Assembly (NCBI GenBank): GCA_964619365.1
Contig: CAZUDQ010000001.1
Location: forward strand, 82,929-146,928
Source of the DNA: an uncultured archaeon
GTDB lineage: Archaea > Altiarchaeota > Altiarchaeia > JAFGQM01
Length of the DNA stretch: 64,000 bases
Direction: 5' to 3'
In this document: positions 19,509 through 28,900 of the stretch, piece by piece
How positions within the stretch are numbered: position 1 is the stretch's first letter
How the letters are laid out: each line of letters begins with the position of its first letter
Translations under genes and position numbers: made by a program
Notes under the pieces: generated by a model
Seen by the model: only the letters and a program-made list of their open reading frames with translations
What the model was told of the DNA's origin: nothing
Databases searched by the model: none

Positions 19509-19922
19509 ATGAAACCTAGGGCGCACATATGTGAAACTTGTCCACATCGCGGAGCTAAACCAGAAGCGCGCCTGGGAATCTCATGTAAAGGGGATATTGC
19601 CGATGGGACCACGTTTACCAAACATACAAATAAAACAGTCAAAACCAAACCTAAAGATGTAGAAAGCCGTGTACTATATCATAATTGCTCAAGAAGCATA
19701 TGTCCCTCGGGAGAAATGAGAATTATGAGAGTTCTAAGGGATTTGAATGCTGATAAACCACCAAAAACCGACAGAAAAGGTTTTTACGAATTTGTGAACG
19801 GTGGAAAATTACGAAAAATGAATGACAAAGGAGAGCTCTATGTTCGTCTGGGGGATGGATGGACATATATCGGAAGGGTTAATCCAAGTAAAACTGTTAT
19901 TGAGAGGTATAAAACTGATTAA
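19509..19922 (+). CDS. Small basic Cys-containing hypothetical protein
   Basis: 137-aa ATG ORF filling the gap between purM and the aminotransferase; CETC and CSRSIC. Confidence 0.6.
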   Translation: MKPRAHICETCPHRGAKPEARLGISCKGDIADGTTFTKHTNKTVKTKPKDVESRVLYHNCSRSICPSGEMRIMRVLRDLNADKPPKTDRKGFYEFVNGGKLRKMNDKGELYVRLGDGWTYIGRVNPSKTVIERYKTD

Positions 19923-19949
19923 TTTCAAAATAACAAGTATATTTAAAAA

Positions 19950-21020
19950 ATGGACTTCCCAAAACTTTTTACTGTTGGGCCTGTATATGTTAGAGACGAA
20001 GTGCGCGCCGAGATGGGGCAACAAATGTTTTCCCACCGCTCAAAAGAATACGCAACGCTTCATGCAGATGTGCGTGAGAAGGTAAAAAAGCTTCTTTTTA
20101 CAGAAAACGACGTTTTCATTTATACGTCTTCGGCAACGGGAGTCTGGGAATCTGCCGCGCGCAATTGTGTTGAAAAAAAGACTCTTTCATGCGTTCAGGG
20201 AGCATTCTCAAAGAGATTTTCTGAAGTGATTGCTTCAAATGGCAAAGAAGTAGAAACTCTTGAAGTTCCAATGGGGCAGGCTATCCTTCCTGAGGCTCTT
20301 GAGCGCGCTCTTGAAAAGTCAAGTGACGTCGATTCAGTATCAATAGTATATAACGAGACTGCAACAGGGGTCATGAATCCACTCCCCGAACTAATGAAAG
20401 TCTGTAACGACAATGACATCTTAAGCCTTATTGATGTTGTCTCAGCAGTTGGCGGCGCGCCACTTAAAGTCGATAAGCTTGGAATTGATGTTTGTTTGTT
20501 CTCAGTCCAAAAGTGTCTTGCAGTCCCGCCAGGGCTTGCGTGCGCATCAGTCAGTAAGCGTGCTCTTGAGCGCTCTGAAAAGGCAACGGGGAAGGGCTTT
20601 TATTTTGACATGAAAGTTCTTGAGAAATACAACAATAAGGATAACACCCCGTCAACGCCACCCATACCACAGATATTTGCCCTTAGAAAAAGTCTTGATT
20701 TCTTCTTAGAAGAAGGGATTGAGAACGTCTGGGCACGCCATAAAGAGGTTTCAGACTTTGTCAAAAAGCGCTGCATAGAGGACTTTGGCTTCTCGCTTTA
20801 TCCTGATGAGAACTATGCATCTCAAACGCTTTCTTGTATCAGCACAAAAGAAAAAGGTGTAAACGCTAAAGAGCTCCTTTCTAAGATGAAAGAAAAGGGT
20901 TATATTATAGGTTCTGGCTACGGCAATCTAAAGGAAGAGACTTTCCGCGTGGGCAATATGGGCAACGTCTATATGAATGACGTATCCGAGATGCTTGATG
21001 TGATGGAGGAACTACTCTAG
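19950..21020 (+). CDS. Class V aminotransferase (serine-pyruvate/alanine-glyoxylate type)
   Basis: LFTVGP, SHRS, NETATG, DVVS, SVQKCLAVPPG, TPSTP, FRVGNMG. Confidence 0.92.
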   Translation: MDFPKLFTVGPVYVRDEVRAEMGQQMFSHRSKEYATLHADVREKVKKLLFTENDVFIYTSSATGVWESAARNCVEKKTLSCVQGAFSKRFSEVIASNGKEVETLEVPMGQAILPEALERALEKSSDVDSVSIVYNETATGVMNPLPELMKVCNDNDILSLIDVVSAVGGAPLKVDKLGIDVCLFSVQKCLAVPPGLACASVSKRALERSEKATGKGFYFDMKVLEKYNNKDNTPSTPPIPQIFALRKSLDFFLEEGIENVWARHKEVSDFVKKRCIEDFGFSLYPDENYASQTLSCISTKEKGVNAKELLSKMKEKGYIIGSGYGNLKEETFRVGNMGNVYMNDVSEMLDVMEELL

Positions 21021-21092
21021 AACCTGAAAAAGCGCTTTTAAACCTTAATCTTCGAATAGGGAAGCAAAAAGAGCTTAAATTTTACATTGAAA

Positions 21093-21848
21093 ATGGCAGG
21101 AAAGACAAAAAAGGGAGATATAGTCAAGGTTTCATATACTGGACGATTTGAAGGGGACCTTATTGAGACAACCGATGCAGACGTCGCAAAAAAGGAAGGT
21201 GCGTTTAATCCAAAGATGCCCTATTCTTCAGTTGTTGTTGTAGTCGGTGAGGGGCACATCCTCCCTGGGCTTGATAATGCCATGATTGAGATGGAATCTG
21301 GTGATAAAAAGTCCTTTAAACTCACCCCAAAAGATGCATTTGGCGAGCGCAGTTTTAAGATGATAAAACTTGTGCCCTCTCGCGAGTTTAAGAAGCAGAA
21401 GGTAAACCCTTTTCCGGGGATGGTTCTTGAGGTTGAGGGTCGCCCTGCAAAGATTCAGTCAGTTTCCGGCGGACGTGTCCGTGTTGATTTCAACCATCCT
21501 CTCGCAGGAAAGGAAGTCGAGTATGAGCTAAAACTAGAGTCTGTTGCAGGAAAAGAGGATGAAAAAGTCTCATTCCTCATTGAACGTGCCTTTAAAAATG
21601 ATGATATCAAGGCGACAATAAGCGGGGCTGGCGAAAAGAAGAAAATCACAATTAGCGTCCCAAAAGAAATCGCAGAAAACCAGCTTTATCAAGTTCTTAC
21701 AACAATCTTTAAATCTGAGGCTGAAAAATTCCTTGGAATAAAAGAGGTTGACTTTGTCGTTACCGGTGAAGAAAAACCAAAGGCAACAAAAGAGACTGCA
21801 ACAAAAGTTAAGGCTCCTGCCACCACTAAAAAGGAAGATAAGGAGTAA
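21093..21848 (+). CDS. slyD: Long-type FKBP peptidyl-prolyl isomerase (SlyD-like)
   Basis: YTGR, PKDAFGER, GGRVRVDFNHPLAGK. Confidence 0.9.
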   Translation: MAGKTKKGDIVKVSYTGRFEGDLIETTDADVAKKEGAFNPKMPYSSVVVVVGEGHILPGLDNAMIEMESGDKKSFKLTPKDAFGERSFKMIKLVPSREFKKQKVNPFPGMVLEVEGRPAKIQSVSGGRVRVDFNHPLAGKEVEYELKLESVAGKEDEKVSFLIERAFKNDDIKATISGAGEKKKITISVPKEIAENQLYQVLTTIFKSEAEKFLGIKEVDFVVTGEEKPKATKETATKVKAPATTKKEDKE

Positions 21849-21873
21849 TACATTTAGTTCCTTGGGAAAAGCT

Positions 21874-23139
21874 ATGGATGTGGGCATCATAACCTATGGC
21901 TGTTCTGCAAACCGTGCCGATTCAGAGAGAATAGCCGGGCTTTTAAGTGCAGCTGGACATAATGTTATTCTAGGTTCAGAAGAACCCGATTTTATCATTC
22001 TGAATTCCTGTATTGTCAAGGGTCCGACAGAAAACAAGATTCTAAGGAAGCTTTCTGACCTTAATGACGCGGACAAAAAAGTAATAATCGCAGGATGCCT
22101 GCCCGGCGCATATCCAAAACTCCTGTCGCGTTTTCCAAATTTTGCTGCGATTGCAACTAACACTGATGATATTCTAGAGGTCTTTGACGCCCTTTTAAAC
22201 GGCAACGTGATCCACATTCTAAGAGAAGAAAGCAAGGCTAAAACTTGCACTCCTTTGCGCCATAACAAACATATCGGTGTTATAAGCATATCCCAAGGCT
22301 GCCTTGGAAACTGCACGTACTGCGCCACCTGTCTTGCAAGGGGAACTTTAAGGTCAAAGAGTCCTGATGAGATAGTGTCGGAAGTAAGGGACGCTGTTGA
22401 ATCCGGGTGCTCTGAAATCTGGCTGACATCTCAGGACAACGGCTGTTATGGGGCTGATATCGGGTCAAACTTGCCAGACTTAATGAATTCTGTTGCAAAT
22501 GTTCCAGGAGATTTTAGGGTACGAATCGGTATGATGAACCCAGCGCATACAAAAAAGATAAAAGATGAGCTGGGAGACGCTTTCAGGAATGAAAAACTCT
22601 ATAAGTTTGCTCATATCCCACTGCAATCTGGTTCGGATAAGGTTCTCTCCGAGATGAGACGTGGTGGAAGTGCATCAGATTTTAAGGGGATAGTAAATCT
22701 CCTTAGAAAAAAGAACCCTGGAATAACTATTGCAACGGACATAATTGTTGGCTATCCGACAGAAACAGAAGATGATTTCCAAAAGACAGTTGACTTAATA
22801 GAAGAGCTTCGCCCGGAAGTAATAAACCTTTCTAAATATTGGCCGCGCAAAGGAACAGACGGCGCTAACTTAAAGCAACTCCCGCGTGATGTGATTTCAT
22901 CCAGGAGTGCAGAATTAGCAAGGATGCATTCGATAATGATTAAGGAGGATAATAAACGGTGGAATGGTAAAATCTGTGAAGTTTTTGTAACTGGAATTAA
23001 AAATAGCTCCCTAGTTGTTGGTAGAAACGAACAATATCGTCCAGTTTTGATTAATAATCGGAATTGTTTAGGTCAAAAAGTCAGTGTAAAAATTGTGGAC
23101 ACAAAATCTCGCGAGCTTATTGGTGAGGTTTTAGATTAA
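21874..23139 (+). CDS. tRNA t6A37 methylthiotransferase (MiaB-like radical SAM, archaeal MtaB type)
   Basis: TYGCSAN, NSC.VK.PTE, GCLGNCTYC, QSGSD, TDIIVGYP, TRAM-like C-terminus. Confidence 0.9.
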   Translation: MDVGIITYGCSANRADSERIAGLLSAAGHNVILGSEEPDFIILNSCIVKGPTENKILRKLSDLNDADKKVIIAGCLPGAYPKLLSRFPNFAAIATNTDDILEVFDALLNGNVIHILREESKAKTCTPLRHNKHIGVISISQGCLGNCTYCATCLARGTLRSKSPDEIVSEVRDAVESGCSEIWLTSQDNGCYGADIGSNLPDLMNSVANVPGDFRVRIGMMNPAHTKKIKDELGDAFRNEKLYKFAHIPLQSGSDKVLSEMRRGGSASDFKGIVNLLRKKNPGITIATDIIVGYPTETEDDFQKTVDLIEELRPEVINLSKYWPRKGTDGANLKQLPRDVISSRSAELARMHSIMIKEDNKRWNGKICEVFVTGIKNSSLVVGRNEQYRPVLINNRNCLGQKVSVKIVDTKSRELIGEVLD

Positions 23140-23153
23140 TAAAAAATATTTGC

Positions 23154-24032
23154 TTATATGAAAACAATTTTTGAAATCTCTTTTAAATTGAATAGTATAG
23201 ATGGACCTATTTCCAAAGCGCCTGCAAAACAACCACAATCAGAACAATCAATATTTGTTCCAAAACACCGCCTCGGTTTCCATGAAGAATAGAAATGAAG
23301 AACCTGGTCACCCCAATAACACTTGCCGGCATGATTTGCTTTAGAATACCAGTCAAGCATTGATTTACTAAAAAGTAATTTATCTGGATAGATATCTTTT
23401 ACACGCTTGAATTCATCTATGATTTTCCCTCTGTCGGACTTTGATATTACTAATGGGCTTTTTTCTCCTACTGCATGGGAGTATATGTTACATACAACGC
23501 CTGCAAAACCATTTTCTTTTGCTATTCTCACAACTTCTTCGAGTTCATTGTAATTCTGCTTGGTAATAGTCATATTTATAACAACACGTTTGTCGCCAGA
23601 ATAGTTTTTTATTACTTTTTTGAAAACCCCGTCTCCACGCAGGTCATCGTTTGTTTTCTCGGAGCCGTCCAACGAAACGTATATGCGATTATTAAAATCG
23701 TCCGGAACTTTTATTGTGCCATTGGTTATTATGTATACTAGCGGGAATATTTTGTCTGCAAGCATAAGTAGATCTGGGCGTAATGACGGTTCTCCGCCCA
23801 CTATCAAAACTGAACGTATGCCATTTTTGTATAATTCCTTAAGGCGTTTTTCCCAAACCGCAAGTGGGACTTCGTCGAACTGTAACACTGTCTTATCTGC
23901 AAAATGATAGCAGTGTTTACAGCGAAGATTGCAGTTATTTGTAGCATCAAATTCGGCAAACCATTTAGTTCCAAATAATTTACGTTTTGCTTCTAGATAC
24001 ATCACATAGGGTATTCCTTTGTATGTATCCAT
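23154..24032 (-). CDS. Radical SAM protein with a C-terminal Cys cluster
   Basis: CNLRCKHC, GGEP, TNG, SLDG; C-terminal C..RC..DCSDCGC. Confidence 0.85.
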   Translation of the reverse strand: MDTYKGIPYVMYLEAKRKLFGTKWFAEFDATNNCNLRCKHCYHFADKTVLQFDEVPLAVWEKRLKELYKNGIRSVLIVGGEPSLRPDLLMLADKIFPLVYIITNGTIKVPDDFNNRIYVSLDGSEKTNDDLRGDGVFKKVIKNYSGDKRVVINMTITKQNYNELEEVVRIAKENGFAGVVCNIYSHAVGEKSPLVISKSDRGKIIDEFKRVKDIYPDKLLFSKSMLDWYSKANHAGKCYWGDQVLHFYSSWKPRRCFGTNIDCSDCGCFAGALEIGPSILFNLKEISKIVFI

Positions 24033-24033
24033 T

Positions 24034-25128
24034 CTACCTTAATTTGTATCTAAGAAGTGCCGCAATCCCGCCAAATGCTATCCAAAGTTGGTTTCCTTCC
24101 TCAAACTCATCGGATATTATCTCCCCTCGGACGTCCGATAGTTCGGCTTTTTCAAGTAACGCATCGATTTTTTCATCAGGAAGATTCTGGGATAACATAA
24201 GGACGTCAACTGCGCCAAGATCCATTGCGTTTTCAACTTCTTTTATACCATATGCAACCATTCCTGGCTCCGTTACAAGGTATTTCATAAAGCGCTGGAG
24301 GTACTTTCTGTGTTCTGTTGCCTCAACGTCCTTTATGTCTTCTGTTGCCTGGTTTACAAGTTCGCGCACGCCCGACTCGTCGGTGTAAGTTATATCTTTT
24401 ACTGCAACAATCTTATTTTTGAGTTCATAATGCAAATACGGACCTTCGACAAACTCGTCTTTTGTCCCGGCAGGGCCCCCGATTATGACTCCTGCTATTC
24501 CCTCAATCTGTGGTATAAAGAGATTTTCGGCGTGTAGTGCGACACGTTGTTTGAACCTGTGTGATTCTTCCTGTATCAGGCGCTCAAAACGCCTGTGTGA
24601 CTGACCTCCTGCGCGGTGCTTGCCTGAGTACCCTGAAGTCATTGTATCAAGAATATGGTAACTCCCGCCGCGCAGTATGCCAAGAGTCGCCTGTTTGTTA
24701 TCAATTGCAATTAACGCATATGCGTTTTTTGGCATAAGGAGACGCTCAAGAGGTTCTGTTACAAATGTCTGGTCGCAACGATACATCTTTACGTCAACTG
24801 CTTCAGTGGGTTCTATTGCCCATAGCTCAAGGTCTTGAGTGCCTTCTTTATCAGATATGTTACCACAAAATACTGCCAGACCTTTTTCAGGTGTCTTTGG
24901 GTAAAGCCTTAGATGTTGAATTATCTTTTCAAGTGCGTCGCAAACATTTGTTCGTGTCTGCTTGCTTTTGATGTTGACTGCAGTTCCTTGTTCCTGAGAT
25001 AACTGGTTTGTAATCTGAGTTAACCCTGTTGCAGGCGGTACATATACCGTTATGAGTTCAGTGTGCCTTCCGCGACATTTCTTGAGAGTGTCAAGAACCT
25101 TTCTTATGTGATACCTCTCTTTATTCAT
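24034..25128 (-). CDS. prf1: Archaeal peptide chain release factor aRF1
   Basis: NIKS, YRCD, GGQS and FGGIAALLRY motifs. Confidence 0.96.
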   Translation of the reverse strand: MNKERYHIRKVLDTLKKCRGRHTELITVYVPPATGLTQITNQLSQEQGTAVNIKSKQTRTNVCDALEKIIQHLRLYPKTPEKGLAVFCGNISDKEGTQDLELWAIEPTEAVDVKMYRCDQTFVTEPLERLLMPKNAYALIAIDNKQATLGILRGGSYHILDTMTSGYSGKHRAGGQSHRRFERLIQEESHRFKQRVALHAENLFIPQIEGIAGVIIGGPAGTKDEFVEGPYLHYELKNKIVAVKDITYTDESGVRELVNQATEDIKDVEATEHRKYLQRFMKYLVTEPGMVAYGIKEVENAMDLGAVDVLMLSQNLPDEKIDALLEKAELSDVRGEIISDEFEEGNQLWIAFGGIAALLRYKLR

Positions 25129-25194
25129 TTATTCTGATTTGCTTAAGAGCGCTTAGTTTGAGTTAAAAGCTAAAAAAGCTAAGCCTTAGTAAAG

Positions 25195-25884
25195 TCATGC
25201 GCAAAAACCTTTAGTTCTACCTTTGGCAGAAAGCACGGCCTCTTCGGTGCTAAGTGAAGAATATTCGTGGGCGCCATAGGCTTCAAGTTCAGAAATCCGG
25301 TGACTTATCATCCTTATTAGTTCTTCGCGGGATGAAGCGTCCCTTGCAATCTCCTCAAGTTCAAAATCCATAAGAACGTCACCTATCCAGTCGGCAAAAT
25401 CGTTTCTTGTCGTGTGCATGTGATAGGCTATGCTATGGGACGGTGCCGATTTTAGGAAATCTGCAAGCTCCCATAAGTTAATTATCTTCCTTCCATCATT
25501 TGTAAAAAGAATTTCGGTATCAATTTTTGCGCTTTCAAGAATCATCTTTGCTTTCTCGCGACCTCTTGGTGTGCGCATCGCAGAGTTCACAAGGAGGTTT
25601 ATGCGTTTCATCACTATAATTGACATTGGGTTCTTCTCGACAACAAGACTCATCTCGTCCTCAAGCTCGTAGTCTGTTAGCGTTCCTCCGACCCAGTTTG
25701 CAAAATGGTTGTGAAGGGGACTCACGTGATGGGAGAAATGTTCTTTTTCAGAAAGCCTAAGGTAACAGGCAAGCTCGATTAAGTTTGCTATAGACTCGCC
25801 GTCTACTGTTTTAAAGTGAAACTTAGGGTCTTCTATGTGTCTTAAGTAGCGGCAGGCTGTCCTGGGCGATAATACTTTTGCCAT
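25195..25884 (-). CDS. Protein with two DUF5752-like domains
   Basis: Duplicated F...DG..I.NL.EL...L......(F/I)..H.....N.FA.W....L.D.EL unit. Confidence 0.7.
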   Translation of the reverse strand: MAKVLSPRTACRYLRHIEDPKFHFKTVDGESIANLIELACYLRLSEKEHFSHHVSPLHNHFANWVGGTLTDYELEDEMSLVVEKNPMSIIVMKRINLLVNSAMRTPRGREKAKMILESAKIDTEILFTNDGRKIINLWELADFLKSAPSHSIAYHMHTTRNDFADWIGDVLMDFELEEIARDASSREELIRMISHRISELEAYGAHEYSSLSTEEAVLSAKGRTKGFCA

Positions 25885-25946
25885 ATGAGTTGGGTTCTCA
25901 GTAGTTATTAACAAGAAATGAAATAAAAACGAAAAAAACTTACAAA

Positions 25947-28900
25947 TCACAAATCTATTTCTACCGGAGAGTATATTTCCTTAAACTTAGCCATATTTGG
26001 AACATAGTTCTCCAGTGCGTATTCGTATATGTAATTTCCAAGCAGCATTATCCTTAGGAGATCCATGTCTTCTCCGAAAAATTCTATCTGGAAATAATTC
26101 TCATAGTAACCCTTTGGAGCAATAATATAGGATATTGTTTCACCGTCAGTTACCTGTGGGGCGATAAAGTCTGCTTCGACCCACTGACCCAGATGTAAAA
26201 TCACATATTCATTATCGTCGTTTTTAAGTTCTCCTAGTGCGTCTTGTCCATCACTCCGCACTGCCGAATCCAAATCAATTTCGATGACTTCTGCTGCCTT
26301 CTCCCCAGAGAAATCTGCGGCGGCGTAGTCTATTTCGAATCCGGAAATTGGGAAAACAAGGCGAATGTCTAAGGAAGCGCCATCACATTCAACTGGGATG
26401 GCTATTTTCCCCCCGTTGCCAGGCAATGAATATCCTAGGTTTTTTTTGCCCGCAAGAACCCATTTGCCGTCTTTTTTGTATTCGACCCATACCTGACCAT
26501 TTTTGTCTAGGAAAGATTCGAGTGAAGAGAGTATGGGGACTGCAAATGTTCCCAAGCTTTGGGTCTTTAGGTTCTCATATATCCCCCACCACAAGAATGT
26601 GAGGAGTCCTGACTCCTTGCCCTTAATAATGATTGTTGCTGATTTGGCTCCTGAAGGCACATCAAATGTCATAAGTATTCTTTCATCTATGTCGTTTGTG
26701 TTTACTAGCAAGTCATTTTTCAGGTCATGGAGATATATTATGCCCTCAGGATAACTTAATTCTTCCTTACAATCCGTCCCCATTCTTGATGTGCATGAAA
26801 TTGGTTTTTGTGGGGATGAAATAATGTAAGTCTCTCCGTTAACACCAGGAACGACCTCTGTTCCTTTGGGGTGCTTAACTGCAAATAGCTTGACTGTGTT
26901 TAAATGTGCGATTTCTGGCAATTGCTGGCTTACTGCAACTTTTAGTTTTCCGTTGCTTACTCTAAGACTTGGAAGTGTTGAGTAACTTGTCGTCTCGGCA
27001 GCAGGAGCAAGTGCTATTGGGAATGCTGCGGCTTCCATTACAAAATCAGTACCATCATAAGAATAAACAAATGGACACCCACCTCCATCGTCTGAATCAG
27101 TACTGCATTCTCTATCTCCTCCACTACAGTCATTATCCCAGCCGTCGCCACAAGACTCACCAGGAAGGCTTCCTGGAGAATACCATGCACCAGCTTCATC
27201 TCCTGATGAGGAACATGTCATTGTGATGTCATTGCACGTGTAAGTCCCGCATCCGCGCTCTTTTGTACAAGCCACCTCATCTTCTTTCATCCACTTGTAT
27301 CCTGCCTGGTCCCAGCTTACATCACGACATACCTTGTAATTGCCATCATCAATCCCTGCACTCGTGCCGCCATCCATGTCAAAATACATCTCACATGGCG
27401 TGCTTGCAGAACACACACACAAAGGATCGTCTCTATCTATTAATCCATCGCAATTGTTATCATACCCATCGCCGCAAATCTCAAGCTCGCTGTATGCTTC
27501 GTCAGGGAGATTCTCATCACAGTCAAGACATATCTCCCACTTCTCAAGATCTCCTTTGAAGTACTCGTTGAGGCAGTCAATATCTATTTTGTCAACATCG
27601 TCATCAGAATCTATATCAGCACAGGCCTTGACGGGCCCAGAAACCCGTATCATTCCCTGCTCAATCATGTTTATTATCACAAGGTCTGTCTCTGTTATCT
27701 TGGCGTCGTCATTTATGTCGCCTTTTATCCCTCGACAAGAAAGGTCGAATATATTGATGCAATCTTCATCAAGAACGACACCCGATTCCTTGTAAATCCT
27801 GCCTGATGTAAAGTCTGCTACCTGGAAACCTTCTAAACACGCAAGGTCGCTTTCGTCTATTGTACCGTCCTGATTAAAGTCTGCAAAGTCTAGCATATCT
27901 TCTGCTGGAGTTACTCCTGCGTTTATTGCATCAATGATTTTTTGCATTGTTTCGACATCAGAGTCGTCAATGTTCCGGCTTGAGTCAAAATCTCCGGGTA
28001 TTGCTGAAGTCATTGGAAGTGGAAAGCAGAATCCACCGTTCATTGGCACTGTGCAATATCCATAATCGGACTCCTCACCAATGTCCCCATACCACGAACC
28101 GGATGCCAGTCGGGTTAGACAATCAGTATCCTTTTCATCAACTATCTCATCATTATTGATATCAAGGCATGCTACAAGTTCAAGTCGTCCTTCATCTGAA
28201 CCTACGGTATTAAGCCAAGAATCTGCTATGTCGGCATCAATTTCTGTTATCTGGCAATCTGCGTCAAGATCGCCTTTGTTTCCTGAATCATCACAGGCAA
28301 CACGGGTTTGTCCCGAACCACATCCACCTGAAATGCACGCCTTTAACTGTTCATCAGAATATATCGTCTGTTTTGTCTTCTTGTTAAGGAGACATTTTCT
28401 GACCTCTTCAATATTATCACACGCGGCACTGCGGTCAAGTGGACACGTCGCTGCGGCTTTTAAGCCCGTGTTTATGACTTGTATGTAGATGTCATTCCCT
28501 ATCTTTTCATTAAAAATGTAGAAGCTTACAGGTATTGAACATATCTCATAACCTGGCGCCCTTACAGTTGCTTCATAAACTCTTCTGGCCTCATTCCAGA
28601 ATATGCCGTGGAATGTGCCGCCAAGATAAAGTTCGAGGTCGTATATATCAGGTAGGGTCTTTCCGTCAAATGAAAGTATTACCTCTGCCATGAAATCTTC
28701 GCCTGTTAAAAGCATAGTCTCAGAAAGGCTTATGTCCGCTGAGAGTTTTGATGAATGTGAATCTGCGCTAAACCCTGAAACAAAAGTATCCTGATAGAAT
28801 AGACCCCTTGATTCTGCCAAAAGGTCCATTGTTATTTCATAGTCGCCTTTGAAGGGAACATCGGCTGAAAGCTCCCAATAATCATAGCCTTCGACTTTTG

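Noticed and set aside
21748-21873. N-terminal extension of the methylthiotransferase in the ORF track
   Set aside because: It overlaps slyD in another frame and homology begins at the ATG at 21874. Similar over-extended starts were trimmed for the ORFs tracked from 9095, 10275, 25950, 36262, 45308 and 54661
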